DNA of 63,591 nt, filler included, from Folioceros fuciformis (Eukaryota): assembly GCA_049999805.1 (NCBI GenBank). It is 7 parts of 7 records of this genome, joined end to end, with 100 filler letters (N's around TTAATTAATTAA, not from the genome) between each part and the next. Parts side by side here need not be neighbours in the genome. Positions count along the whole stretch, not along the records: positions 9,767 to 13,723 come from JBNGIO010004936.1; positions 13,824 to 17,181 come from JBNGIO010004937.1; positions 17,282 to 44,421 come from JBNGIO010004938.1; 4 more parts are not named here. One strand, given 5' to 3'. This document shows positions 12,445 through 26,355 of this stretch, one piece after another; the first letter of the stretch is position 1; each line of letters starts with the position of its first letter. The translations under genes were made by a program, and so were the position numbers. The notes beneath the pieces were generated by a model. It was not told the origin of the DNA, did no database searches, and saw only the letters and a program-made list of their open reading frames with translations.

Positions 12445-12840
12445 GGGGTGGCCTGTTGCTATGATTGTTCCTGGTTGGCCTGCTTAGGGTTTAGGGTTCC
12501 CTTGACAGACGGGATATATTTTCATCCTTATGATTGTTCTTGGTTGGGCTTCTGCTATGATTGTTCCTCCAATCTCCCTTGACATATGGTTGGCCTGCTG
12601 CTATGATTGTTCCTCCAATCTCCCTTGATAGATGGTTGGCCTGCTGCTATGATTGTTTCTAGTTGGCCTACTACTATGATTGTTTTTGGTTGGCCTACTG
12701 CTATGATTGTTCCTGGTTGGCCTGCTTAGGGTTTAGGGTTTAGGGTTCCCTTGACAGACGAGATATATTTTCATCCCTATGATTGTTCTTGGTTGGCATT
12801 CTGCTATGATTGTTCCTCCAATCTCCCTTGACTATATTTT
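12445..12840. repeat. Complex tandem repeat (GGTTGGCCTGCTGCTATGATTGTTCCT units) with TTTAGGG motifs
   Basis: About 8-10 copies of CTATGATTGTT. A higher-order block (~12455-12580 vs ~12695-12830) contains TTAGGGTTTAGGG. Confidence 0.8.
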
Positions 12841-12844
12841 CATC

Positions 12845-13723
12845 CCCTTTGCTTCTAACGGCCAACCGCCTTCCTATGTAATGGATTCATTCTATCAATA
12901 GAAGGTGTGTTCGCGTGAAAGTGCTGTCGCTCATGGTATCAGAGCCTCAACAGGCAATCTGGGCCATGTTGTGAATCTAGCATACCTATCATCGCTGACG
13001 ACCTCTTGCATCTATAAGTGCTGCTGCGCAATTATGTCACACGACGCATTTAGCTGGACTCGAAGTCACGGATCACGAAGAACTCCAAGAACTTACGATC
13101 TTTATTGGCTCACACGGGCTGAAGAGTTCAACCATACCCAGAGCCGGCAGCAGCAGCACAGGCGCTTTCTGAATACAGAGCGCGTTGTCCTTCTGGTCAT
13201 GCAAGGGAAAGCTCTCTAGATCAGTAGGCAATCCAAGATCTCGAGGTCAAGGTGGATCAGTTGCTAGAATTGACATACCTGACTAGGTCCGAGGCAATTC
13301 ATGAAGGCAGGCATCACGGAGCCCTCTGACTCCAACTCGAGGACTTAGTTGATGCTGTGGACGCCGTAAGAAACACCTTCTGCAAATCTTTGGAACAAAT
13401 TATCATTCTATTATCACAGCTATCGAAGCCGTCAGAATCCCACACACGAGCCTGTTCGGAATCAGATCACAAGCCAGAGTCGGAGACGCGTGCACCTACC
13501 TCAGCCGATCCTGACATAAGTCTGAGATTGTAGACGCGCATGAGCGCGCCCCCGACTCCATTGCCTCTTCCACCTACACCTCCCAAGCATACTATTAGAA
13601 TACCAGGGAGAAGAGGAATGGCGACGGTCAATAACAACTACACAACCTTCGATTTTAAAGAAAAGGACAGGTTCTCAGGGAAAGACTTCGAAATTTGGGC
13701 TGCAAGGCTCAAATCTATATTAG
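12845..13723 (+). mobile_element. Copia 5' end (LTR end 12933, PBS-Met 12934-12945, leader ORF, gag start 13618)
   Basis: CA-TGGTATCAGAGC junction; MATVNNNYTTFDFKEKDRFSGKDFEIW. Confidence 0.85.
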
Positions 13724-13823
13724 NNNNNNNNNNNNNNNNNNNNNNNNNNNNNNNNNNNNNNNNNNNNTTAATTAATTAANNNNNNNNNNNNNNNNNNNNN
13801 NNNNNNNNNNNNNNNNNNNNNNN

Positions 13824-15730
13824 ATTGGGCTGAGGCCCTTATGACTTCCACTTACCTACGCAACAGGTTACGTACTAACGCTGTTAATGGACAGACCCCA
13901 TATGAGGTGTTCACAAGAAGGAAGCCATCTCTTAAACATTTAAGGACTTTTGGTTGCCTTGCCTACGCCTTTATCCCTAAAGAGAAGCGGAAGAAGCTTT
14001 CAGACAAAGCTATAAAGCTACTCATGCTGGGCTATACATAGGGCATAAAAGCATACAAACTGTATGATGTTCCCACTAACAAAGTTCTTTATGCTCGGAG
14101 TGTTACCTTTAATGAGGCACGCCCTTGGGTTTCAGTGGGAGCACAACAGAATCCTCCAACTACAGATGACGATGAGGATGACATCTCCGTCACTCATTTT
14201 GATCTTTCCAACCATGGCACTCAGTCCCTAGCTCCAGCCCTTGAGAATATTGCTCTTGCTGGTGGGGAATATGCAGTACAGGCACAGGCAGCTCCAGATT
14301 GGCGTTTGAGGACGAGCAAGAGTTGCACAACTCACCAGTTTAGTCTCCTGTAGATAATCGTTGGGCCTAGGAAATTTCAGAGGCAGTGAGGGCTGAGCTT
14401 CATCTTTAGAATACTGGTACTTAGCCTGAACGGGATGCTTAGCTCCGTTCTCGGTGCAGCAAATCTGCCCAGGGCGTCACGAGGTTGAGCTCGGCGCTTG
14501 GGAGCAGCATCGAACTCTGACGAGGACGGAGACATGGTGAAAGCGCAGCAATCTTGCGCTCTAGGACCTCAGAGAGTAAGAGACTCAGGAAGTATGCCAG
14601 CGTTAAGAGGAGGGCGCACCTCATTTGTGCCGTCTTCACACTGGAACAAGGCATCTTGCTCAGATATGACTAGAAGCTGGGGCGTAACCAATTACAAGAG
14701 TAGCGGGCTATGGCGCTAGAAGAATCAATACACCAGCTGAACTCCAGTTCCACGGGCCGCCTGCAGCAGACTCGGAGGACTGTACAATTCAGAAATGGGA
14801 GTAACAGAATAGATGTGTTGGATTCATGATTAGGGTTGTATTAATTGGGTTTAGTTAAAGCTATAGTACATGACCGTTCATTAGGGTTACGTCGCTTGAG
14901 AAACGTTATGTCTTTTCACATTTAGTTTAAGTTGTCTTTTTATGCATAAGCATTTTAACCCCTTTCTTGATATACAATGTAATTACTTAATGATGTGATT
15001 TATTTCTACATAATCTGTATAATATTGTTAGTCTTTGGTTGCTAACCTCGTCTTCCATGCACGCACCAAGCATATAGAAATTCAACATCATTATATTAGG
15101 GATGCTGTTGAGAGAGGTATCGTCAAGGTTCAGTATATACCTACCGACGATAACACAGTAGATGTCCTAACCAAGTCCTTGTTTAAGTTCAAACACTGTT
15201 TTCACAGAGAAGGGCTTGGTTTGGTGGATTGTAGTAGATACATGACACTAGACAAATCATTTATATGGTAGGACCTTTTACTACACAAATATTCCATCAC
15301 TTAGGTTGATGATACGAAGCAGTTGGCATGCTTCTCTTCTCGTCACTAGAGTGGTGTTCTACTTTGTGAGATCCTGTAGACTACAGGCTCTACAAGAGTG
15401 AGGACTACCGACTTTAGGTGATAGCCGTTTTGAAGATGTTTAAAGCTTGGCGTCAACAACAGTGACCTCCGTTTGTACTTAGGAGCTCTCTTCTAACAAC
15501 AACTAGCACGTGTCTGAGAGGGAGAGTTGGAATATAAGGCAGGCCACGTGGTTCTGTATTACGTTGGTTAGCCTAACTAGACCTAGTTATAAGTGTAGTT
15601 AGTTAACTGGCAGGTTAGTCAAAGGTCACACCCCTTCGTAAACTGCTACTTAAGGCCTATCTTTGTATCCACATATTCAATTGCTAATAGATCATTTTCG
15701 ATGCATTTGCTTCCGCGTTAGCAATTCTAA
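13824..15730 (+). mobile_element. Copia fragment (integrase C-terminus, RNase H end, PPT, 3' LTR from ~15525) with internal deletion and nested insertion
   Basis: TPYEVF...HLRTFGC at 13841; FHARTKHIEIQHHYIR at 15035; PPT GAGAGGGAG at ~15516-15524. The LTR right end is uncertain. Confidence 0.8.
14350..15010 (+). mobile_element. 3' end of a nested LTR element (GC-rich 3' region plus LTR 14816-15010)
   Basis: TGTTGGA...TTCTACA AT-rich 195-bp LTR-like unit; host RNase H codons resume immediately after it. Confidence 0.6.
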
Positions 15731-17281
15731 CTATTGGTGGCAAATAGATCATACAAATGCCTACGAAGGCAAGTATGTCGCAGTATACTTATTGCGTGGT
15801 GCTGAGCCCAAAGTCTTGGAAAGAAGATGGAAGAGGTGTAGACCAAAGCGACCTTCAAATGTTCAAAAGCTCTACATTAAGAAAACTTTTATCGTGTACC
15901 ACAGATTCCACCTGTCACACTAAGATTTGTATGCTATGGACAAAATGATCATATGTGAGAAATTGGCCTTGCTACAATCGTATAAGACGGAGTAGAGGCA
16001 GAGTTAAATGACTATGAGATTAATATGGACGAAGGTGCAGATTTTCATTACAATGATGTATGAATGGATAAAGATGAAGAGCATTTCCCATTGCAGGTGC
16101 ATGATTCATATAGGCTTCAAAGAAGAAACACTTACGTGAGTGCCCTAAACACCCACAGCAGACAGGGCTTGCAATAATCGTCATTCTTCATTAACTATAA
16201 CGCATGCAGATCACTTTGTTTATGAGCAATGGAGCATTGATGCTCGCACATCTCGTGCAAAGGACAGGCCTATCAAGAGAAGGGTGCAATTTCTTTTGCA
16301 CCGAACTTGTTGTTGTGTAGTGAATGAGGGGGCTTGTGATACAATGTTTTATTGACATTTGCTCAAATTTCCAAATCTTGATTGTCAAGTACCTCTAGTT
16401 GCTAAAGACAATTCATAATATGGAGCAAAATGGAATACCCTAGACGTTGTGTGTGAGATCCATGCATTCAGAAAGTCACAAGTACATAAGTTGATTGACT
16501 CTTAAAGATTGGAGGGCGTGGATATGTTGGCACCCCTTACAGTAGGCCATTTTCTAAAGACCATTATTCATTGTGTTTTGGTGCAATCTTTAGGAAGAAC
16601 CCCATCATGCCCAACCACTTATGTAAAGGGAAAGAACATGACCTCACAAATGCGTTGTTGGCAACAAGCAACATGTGTGCTATGAAGCAACATGTGTGCT
16701 ATTTTCGCAATAATTTGTTGATGCACACAATTATAGGACCATGCCAACACAATTATAGGACCATGCCAATGAGGCTTGGCCATCTTAGGTGCCAATGCAT
16801 AATGAAACTTGACCATGATTTTAGGCCTCTAATGTAAACAAATGGTCAAAGACGTTATCTTAGTGCCCATGAAGGTGACCCTTCCATGTATATTGGCAGA
16901 AAAAGACTATTCTAGCATATTCCAACCTTTTATGTACTTTGACTTGAAATAATATATATAAATTTAATTTATTAAATTTATCATATGATAATAATTTTTA
17001 TAATTAAATTAAGTACTTAAAAAATAATGAATTAAAATTTAATAATTATATAAAAAGTTAAATATAATTAATTAGAGGATATAATAACAATGCAGTTGGA
17101 AGAAAAAGATTGGTTTTATGGATTGATCATTATTGAATATTGATCTTTATAGAGATTTACTATTTTCTAGTTCGACGATGANNNNNNNNNNNNNNNNNNN
17201 NNNNNNNNNNNNNNNNNNNNNNNNNTTAATTAATTAANNNNNNNNNNNNNNNNNNNNNNNNNNNNNNNNNNNNNNNNNNNN

Positions 17282-18439
17282 AAGAGGCGGCGTCCGCAGA
17301 TCTTTGAAGATCAGACATCCTCCGAAGTCTCAGGATAGTCTAAGAGGTGGTAGATCCTTGTGGTGGTAGGGCCAACTCATTGGTGGCAGGATGTGCTAGA
17401 AATCTAAATAAGTGGTTGGTGACAGTCGGCTAGGCTAGTGGTCCTATTAAACTAATATTTGTCAAGTTAGAGAGAGGTGAAGTCAGAGAGAGAGGCTCCT
17501 ATAAGATCAGGTGAGCCTATAGGAGGGAGGGGGTAGTCATTCACTTTGGGAGTCAATCTATCACTTCGTGAGCTCTTGGAGGTACTCTCTTCATGAGCTC
17601 TTGTGGTCTGTCCCTGCTTGGTTTAGGACCTGCAGTGTGTTTGCCGGCTGTGCAACGTCTGGTAGGATCGCAAGCCGCGTGTTGTCGGTTGTACAGTGTC
17701 TGGTAGGATCACAGGGTGTAATGACTAGGGTGAAGGGGCTTGCCCTTAGCTCTTGATTGTAAAGGATGTGTCTTCCTCTCGACCTGTCCACTCTTGTTCC
17801 CTGTTTGGACAAGTGCTGTAGGCCGGTCATGTTTCATGGCGTCTGGTAAGGTTGTGGGGAGGAGATATCCGAGAGGGGAGTGTGTTCCCTTCTTTCTTTT
17901 CTTTGGGGTTAGTCTAGTGCCTCTTGCCGGGTAGGAGGAGTCAGTAGGGAAGTGTAGAAGGTANNNNNNNNNNNNNNNNNNNNNNNNNNNNNNNNNNNNN
18001 NNNNNNNNNNNNNNNNNNNNNNNNNNNNNNNNNNNNNNNNNNNNNNNNNNNNNNNNNNNNNNNAGGGAAGTGTAGAAGGTAGTGGTGTCGTTGTTGGTTG
18101 CTGGTGTTGGTGTTGGAGCGAGAGAGTGAGTGAGTGAGTGAGGGAAGTCGCAGATCTAAGAGGTCAGGGTCGTTGTAGTGACTGGAGTGAGTTTGTGGCC
18201 ACCAAGAGAGGTGCAGCTGACCGCTGGACAGCAAGGCCTGTCCTACGCCTGATCGGAGCTGGAAGGGAGCCCTCGAATCCATCATTGAGTTGATTGAGTC
18301 CGACCCTCCATCCACAGCAGCAAGGAACCTCATCGCTCCTTCGTGGGAACGGAACCCAATGTCTCAACGATAGTGGGATAAGTGTGGCCACTAACGGTGG
18401 AACCCGTTGGCAATTAGTGCCCGGGGTTTTGCCTCCACA
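17282..18439 (+). mobile_element. Long Gypsy-type LTR (partial)
   Basis: Ends GTTTTGCCTCCACA; homologous to 9090-9609 and 50677-50947. Confidence 0.75.
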
Positions 18440-19464
18440 GCAAGCTACAAAAGTCTAGCCCCAGGCTGAGCACGCATCACAAAGCCTTGCAACGACGTCC
18501 TAGTTCAATTGATGCACCGTCCAGGTTGAGAAAACGATCAATTTTGTCTGTAAGTGCATCCAGTTGAGATTGTATCGTGAATATGCTGCAAAGTATCTGC
18601 GTCGTCCGATTCCAAGTGAGATCCTCGCTCCTGGTAATGTCTTGCTGCAGGAGTTCTCCGAGATTGTAAAAGTGGGTAGATGGAGGATCGTGTTCAGCAT
18701 GGAAATTTGAGTCCTGAAAATGAACTCTGCTCCTTCCTTGGCTTCGTTGATGCAAACAACGGGAGGAAACCGAGCTACTTCTTTGCAGGATAGGAGGAGA
18801 AGGAGAAAGGTGACCTATCCAATTTTCTGTCAAAATCTTCAATTGATATAGCACCTTTCTCCTTGCAAGCAAACTATCGAAGTCTTGTGTGACAACTGCA
18901 GGTGTAGACGTCTGAAGGAAGACCGCCTTCACCCTCAACCCTACAGTCCAGCTCTGTAAAGGATCTTGACATCCGGGGCCTAGCCTCATCTAGATAGGGA
19001 ATTGATTCCCCAACATACGGTACATAATACTGATTTCTAGACTTCGAGGCATTTCAGGATGACCGGAAAAATGATACTGCTTAGAATCATTTAGAAAATA
19101 GAAACAGCAAGTTCTAACATGCTTTGTGCAGGCTAAGAGAAAACTGGTTGTCAACCAGCCTACTTTTCATGTAACATGAAAAAGGAATGGGCTAACAACC
19201 CATTCTTCTTTACTTAGCTTCTACATTTGCAAAAAGAAAAATTAGAATGTTGCAGTGGAAGATCTCAAAGCAATCACCAGTGCTCTAATACCATGTAAAT
19301 ATCTAAGGATAGACTAGACACTTTTGCTCATAATAGCAATTCAATTAATAACTGAAAAGAATAAAGTTTAAATAGCCAAAAGTATGGATAACCCTAATCA
19401 GGGTTATACCCAAGTATAAATGTATGTGTAACCTAAGCAGGTTAAACTAATGATTACTTCAACA
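18440..19464 (-). mobile_element. Copia 5' end (LTR 19294-19464, PBS-Met 19282-19293, leader ORF 18477-18989)
   Basis: GCTCTAATACCA followed by TGTAAA...TTCAACA; nested in the element to its right. Confidence 0.7.
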
Positions 19465-22400
19465 CTTAGAGTAGCTGAACTCCTTCAGACCTAAGGCATT
19501 CATGTGATGGAAATGTTTGGCGTTTGTTTTGCGTCACTATCGTCCTCCCCTTAGGGGGTTTGACCAGTTCCCATGTAGGAGTCATATTCAGAGTCTATTG
19601 CTGCCTTCCATAAGTCCTTTTCAGGGGATGAGAAGACTTGTTTGAGAGTAGTTGGTTCTTCTGGGTCAATAGTTGCTTGATATACGGCTTTGGAAGTAGC
19701 GAGGTATCCCAAAAGAGGCTCCTTCCAACTTGCGGGACGAGGGATGGTTGGTTTGGTTGTGAGATTGTACCATTGTGCAGGTTGCTCATATTCTACGTCT
19801 TCAAGAAGGGTTGATTCCTAATGAGGGTCCTCAACTAAATACTCGGGGTCACGCTCAGGTTCGTCCGGATCATTAGAAATATCCTCAAAATGTTGAAGTT
19901 CCTCAGTATCTAACAAAAGTGAGTAAGGACGTAAGACGGGGGCTAACTCCTCCTCCTCCTATCCATCGGAAGGGACACGAAGAGCAGGAACAAGGAAGTC
20001 CATAATGTAGTCACTAGTATCAAAAGAAGAACATTTAGGCTCCGCATCAACAGATGAAGGACGGGGAGGCGGAAGACCTCCCACTGAAGGAGAAAATAGG
20101 GAATGTTCATGAAAAGTGACACTGCAAGCATCAAGGAGCTTTTTGGTGGAAGGATCAAATAATTTATAGCCCTTGATCTTCCGTGTAACCAATAAAAGTA
20201 TATCTGGCCGATTTCGGATCTAACTTCTTACGCAATGCTTTAGGGATAAAAACATATGTTGGAGATCCAAAAATGTGGAGATGATCAATAGAGGGCTTTT
20301 TGCCTATAAAGGCTTCGTAAGGTGTCATACCTTTGACTGCAGAAGTGGGTAGTCGATTCATGAGATATGTGGCTGTGAGGAGTGCCTTAGCCCAATATAC
20401 TTTGCGTAAATTCGCTTATGTTAACAAGCAGCCAGCGATCTCTTAAAGGCGCACATTCTTATTTTCAGCTACGCCATTTTGTTGAGGACTGTATACAACA
20501 GTGAGTTGTTGAGCTATACCTTGAGCTCGGCAAAAATCCTCAAACTGTTTAGAAGTAAACTCGCCACCATTGTTGAAACGTAAGGTCTTGAGTTCCTTCT
20601 CTGTCAATCTCTCCACCCATGCCATATAGTCCTTGAAGAAATGATAAGTATCACCTTTGTGATTAAGGTTATAGGTGAGTGTAAAGCGGGAGTAGTCTTC
20701 GATGAAGGTCAAAAAATATCTGCTACCACTGAAGAAAGGTGTAGAGATAGGGCCACAAATGTTTGTGTGAACAAGCTCTAGGGGGGGATGTCGCCCTCTA
20801 TGGAGAGATGTTCTGAAAAGGGGCTTGATGTCTCTTGGTAATGACACAAGTCTCACACCATGGAAGGTGTTGAATTTGAGAAAGGCAGGGTGTACGGTAT
20901 AGATTTCTTGCCTTAGACATTTGTACTCATTTTTGGCTATTAGGATGACCGAGACGACAATGCCACAACATGGTATGACTGGGTGGTGCAGAATTGGGGG
21001 ACGCCATGTTGATGGAATGTGTAAGACCGACCTGAGTAGAAAGTTTGTATAGTCCATCTTCTAGTGTGCATACACAGATGGCATGTGAATTATTGGAGGT
21101 ATATGAAATGAGGCAGCTATTTGCATAAAGTGTTACTTGCATGGTATGTGCATGACATAAACTAGCGACAGAGACTAGATTTTTACACATGGTTGGCACA
21201 TGAAGGACATGACGTAAATGAAGAGTCTCACCTGTGGAACATTTGAGGACAACTGAACCTGCACCGGCTATTAGGAGGTTGTGATCATCACCCAAGAGGG
21301 TAGTTTGATGTCCTATAGTTGGGGAATAGGACTCAAAAGAGTCTTCGTCATGACAGATGTGTGAGGTAGCTCCACTATCAAGGTACCAGAATTAACTAGT
21401 AGGCTGGGAGGATGCCTGACATACTGCAAGGGTAGAAGAAAATGGTTTCTTCACAGCAACATGTGCGCTAGGTGAGGCCTCTTTCTTAGGCTCACTGTTT
21501 TTCCTCATTCTGCAGTCCTTCTCCATGTGGTTTGGGATGCTGCACCAATTGCAAATAATTCTTGTCTTCTTATTACCTCTTGCAAGTGTGGAAGAAGACG
21601 AGGAAGCTCCGCTAGAGAAGCTGAGGAGGAAGTGGCAGGCCTAGTGAAAAGAGGTCCTTTGGCGCGGCCTCGACCGCGACCTCTTCCTCTACCTCTTCTT
21701 GTGTACATCACTTGCTGCCGGCTAGTTCGTGAGTCCTAACAGCGACTGCACTCCTCTTGTATCAAAGCTCTAATCAACTCATTTATACTTATGTCCAAGG
21801 TATCATGCTTGTCCATATTTTTCTAGGTTGTTCTCAATCCATCATTTTGAGTTGTCACAAATGATCTATAGGAGGATGGAAGAGAAGATAATAATGCAAC
21901 AAAGCATGTTAACTCCGAGAGCTTGGAGTTGGAAGCAGCTTCAAGTTGGGACCTTTCTATTTAAAAAATAGTAATATGGTGTTCGATGGTGTCAGACTCC
22001 CTCATCTTAAGGTTGTGGAAGTTACGAGTAGCAATCATCAGACTCATAACATCCTTGGAGGAATATAATTGTGCGAGGTGGTCCCACATATCTTTGGAGG
22101 ATCTTGCCTCGCTGATTTTCCGTACCATATGGAGAGAGAGACCACCGATAATCATATTTTGGGCTCTCTCATCCTTCGCATCCCAAGTGCGTTTTTTGTC
22201 AGCACCCCAAACTGGGCGCTCTAAGGCTCCACTGACAATATCCCATAGGTCATGGTTATGCAATACTCCCCTCATTTGCAGGCCCCAAACGTCGTAGTCC
22301 ATGCCATTGAATCTGTCCTTTTCTTTGAAGCTGTTTCCATAATTATTGACAACCATTGATTTGGTCTCAATAGGGTCCTTGTTGATGTTGACTTCTTTGA

Positions 22401-23678
22401 CAAGTCGCTCTCCCTCATCTTCCTGACTAGCCATGGTAGGTGATGTTTAAAGGCCACGACTATGTCGTGTGTGTGCTAAAGATCGTAGGATTGCTTAGGA
22501 AGATTGATTATGTGAAAAGAGAAATTAATTGATGCGCGGGCGGTGCACCCGTTGTACAAGTGCACGGGCACCGAACCGGTGTGTCCCGTGACTGCGGCGT
22601 TCTATTGTTGGGGTTGTGACCGTTGAGGTCACGACGCTTGCTATCTAACTTAACTAAATAACATTTAATTAACTATGCTATTTATGACTATTATAACTAT
22701 ACTATCTTTATGTGCTGTCTTGGAGGAGATTTCACTAGATGATGCTCCAATCATATCAAAAACAAAATCTACAGGTAAAAATGTGAATTTCTGCTGGGAA
22801 CTTTTAGACATTTTAGTATTTAATTCTTCAATGCATTCAGCTGAATGATTGACGGCACACACCAAAGACGGCAACTGTCCACTAATGACATTATGTCTAA
22901 GTTCTGAATCTGTTTTGATAGATTTAAGGAGGAGCTACAAAGAATCTATGCTACTTATTACAATAGGACCAATACGTAGATTAGGAATGTGTTTGAGTGC
23001 TAGAACTAGAGATTTTACTTGTGATAAACTAAAACAAGTAAGTAAATCTCTCTCAGCCACCTTAATCAACTCTCTTTGATTCTCTAATTTTATAAGGATA
23101 GCACCAATAAAATTGCCAATAAATTTAGAATCTAGAGGAGACCAATATTAATCAGAACTCTTTTCTTCACAAAAAAAAAGAATCTCTTTCAATTAGATCT
23201 ATAAATTTGTTGGAATTATTGAAATTGGTTGCGTTCTCCATTGATGCAACCTTCAATCTCTTCCTACTTCTTTGCCCCATCAGAAGGATTCAAGAAGATG
23301 ATGCACAATTTGTGCATCATAAAAATATGATGTTGAGCATAATTGTAAAGTCTCGTCCAAGCCAAAATTCCATGCTGCAAAATTAGTAATGCACAAAAAA
23401 ATTCATGCCTAAAGAGGAGGCAAGCAAGGTGCTCAAGCATTTAGAGCCAAAGCTGTGATACCATGATAAGAATCACACACAAATGCACTTGCAAAAGAGT
23501 TTTGTAGAGTTTCATTACTTAATAGAAAGTACAAGAGTGTTGTCGTGGCACCAGACTTATTTTATAATAATAATATATAGTAACCTAGAAGTATGCTGGC
23601 TATATATGTAATTTTGGCCATTAGGAAATAGCTATTAATTAGCTTACCCCATATAAAGCTATTTAGTTGACATTATCA
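19465..23678 (-). mobile_element. Copia element (5' LTR 23464-23678, PBS 23452-23463, gag-PR-INT), degenerate and truncated
   Basis: LTR TGATAA...TTATCA; gag FKEKDRFNG, RG repeat, WYLDSG protease, WHCRLGH, LELVHTNICGP, PQQNGVAE. Confidence 0.88.
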
Positions 23679-23679
23679 A

Positions 23680-25335
23680 GATAGGTTATTAGGCCATTTC
23701 TAGAACCAGGGCTGCCAACCTGACAGGTGGCTCATGGACTACATCATGCAGCCTGCTGCTACAGCGGCCAAAGGATCAGGCGAGGTGGTGACCGCACCAC
23801 ACCAAGGAGGGAGGTGCTAGCTCATGATGGTGACCAAGACCTCAAGACTAGCGATGGCAACTACAACAACCAGTTGTCAAAGTCCGTGGAAAGGGAATGT
23901 TGCTGTACTTCTGATTGGAATGCAAGGTTTTGGTGTGCATGTGGCTCAGAATGATGGCAATGTGTTTGGGTGCTGCGGCAAGTTACGGATTTACCAACTC
24001 CAGGCAGCCTGTGGAGGGCAGCCCTTTTGATTCGTATTTGCATCGAAGTGCGCCACAGCACACACGTGAGCGCTGCTGGCATGTCTACTTCAACAACTGC
24101 TTTCAATTGTTGGAGCTCACGTGTGAGCGAATCCCTCAGCCAGAATTTTTGAGTCCTTGCATGTGAGTGAGGTCTCTGTCGAATTTGCTTAGTGTATGGA
24201 GGTCATGTATCCAAGGGCGAGTGAGCTGGTGGAGGTGCCCGTGCAACTCTAGCAAGGCAGCATCCCCCACACGTCCTGATTGTGCTGCAGAAGCAGCTGG
24301 ATTTCATCTGCAGCAAGCTGCCCAAGTCTTCCAGCATTCATAGCGATCGCTCCACAAGTTGATTGCCGCCAATCTTCATACCAGAGTGTTTGCCTTGTTG
24401 AGACAAATCTATTGGTACCATTTTTGTCTACTTTCAAGTGCAATCCAAGGACTGAATGCCTTAGAGAGGTTGGGCACTTAGGGTTCAGTTGGGGAAATTG
24501 GCTATTTGCAGCCATCACTTCCCTTATTGCAGCATAGGTGCTAGGATAGTGATATTCCGGGTCCCTTTTTCTTACTAAGGAGAAGGATCAGAGTTGCAGC
24601 GTTGGTGTGTTCAGGAATTTTGCGTTTCACATTAATTTTGTGGCTGGGGTTTTTTTCTTTCTTGGAGGCTGCCTTGCAGCACTTGCTCACCTTGCTGGTG
24701 GCTGATCTCTGGAGTGTTGTCTACATGGGCAATGCCCTCTGACAAGGAGGGAGGTAGTCCACGCTATCGACTGAGGACAAGGGACGTGCCAGCCAGGGTC
24801 TTTGCAAGGAGGAGGCGGCCAGCACAACGGCAACGGCTGTCTCTAGGAGGAGACCCAACGGGAGTAGATCCTGGTGCTGAGCAACTACAACTTGCTGCAG
24901 GCACAAGTTGGTCCCCTTTTGCTAACCGGGCCCCCGATCCTGTTGCCCCAGATTTTGGTGACTTGAGGTGAGATAGTGGAGGCCAGGGTGATGACCATTC
25001 ATTGGTGATTTCAACAGAACAAGGAGGACAGCCTAAAGCTGACCTCTCAGAGGGATCTCATACCATGGAGTCAGGACCATCAAGTAGGCACGAAAAATTC
25101 TCAGGCAGGCCTGGGACTATGTCGTTGAGAGATTTCCGCCTACGTGCGAGTGAGGAAATCAGCCGGGTGAAGTTCAAGCATGCTGCATTGTACAATCACC
25201 TGTACATGTTCGAACAGTTGTCTGCCTACGTGGCTGATGAGGCATTGGATTTGTACGAGGCTCACCAAGCAAATTTGACTGCCACGGTGCAGACCTTGAA
25301 CCCTTTGCACTAGGGGGCGCTGCAGCTAGCCTACA
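23680..25335 (+). mobile_element. Probable Gypsy LTR remnant plus gag N-terminus
   Basis: LTR-like end TTTCACA at ~24631; ORF 25002-25313 reads EKFSGRPG...FEQLSAYVADEALDLY, which is gag-like. Confidence 0.5.
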
Positions 25336-26355
25336 AAGGGGGAAGGGTCAAAGATACGGGTTTGGAGTGCGTTTTTCGGCCCACGACTATGATTAGGTCC
25401 AGCAAATGCTCCACACAATCCTCATATTGTAGAAACTTGCCGTCGCTTATCAGACGAACGATATGGCACACAAAAGCGAGAGTTCATCATTTAAACTTCA
25501 CATCCGGTCTGAGCGTTTAGTGTATGAAAAGCATCGGTGCAAGGCCGGTAGGCCCGTGATTTGGGTTTTCCTACACTCTAGTGTATTTTGGTATAGTTTA
25601 GTGTATTTTCCTGTATTTTAGTATATTTTTGTGTATATATATATATTTTTGTGTATATAGTTCTCCTATGCATTTCGTTGTATTTTGGTATTTAGTACTC
25701 CGGTGTATTTCGGTCGATATCATGAAAGAAATAAATAGATTTTGTAGCCGACCATTCTCGAAATCCTTGTTCCGACAAACCCGGCTTCCTGGAAAGCCGG
25801 GTTTGCACGTACTTGAAGAATCTTTGATAATTGCCAGGAATTTTTCTCATAATGTCATATGCCCATGACGTCTCACAAGGCTTTAGCGATAGCTGGGTTT
25901 GAGCCCCATGAAGACATGGCCGCGCGGGTGGCACTCCTCGCAATTCTCAAGGATGTGCCTATCATTCATTCAGTGCATCTTGTGCCAAAGGATGAAACTA
26001 ACTCAGATTTGCAAGTTTGCGATGAGTTCAGAGCCCATATCCAACCGTTACTTATGTGTTACAAGAAACACAATCTAACAATTTTAATGTATTGGTTCTT
26101 CTAGGTTCAAGGGCCCAGCCACCACTATTACTAAAAATTGAGAACCTACAAACACACCACTTGTTACCACAAAACATGACGTATGATATGATAACTTAGT
26201 AATGCCTCCAAGTCTAAAAATAAGAAAAAGGTATGTTAGAGGAATGCCTCTTTCCCTACACGATGTAGATGAAGCAATGACCTTGAATCTCATCTATTCA
26301 CTCCACTAGGCTTCAAGTAGCTCGCCATTGCAAACCATCTCCTCAAGGTGCGTAT

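Noticed and set aside
12445-12840. CRISPR-like array
   Set aside because: No unique spacers, no cas genes, and a eukaryotic context.
17945-18081. Direct repeat AGGGAAGTGTAGAAGGTA flanking a gap
   Set aside because: Probably overlapping contig ends rather than a real duplication.
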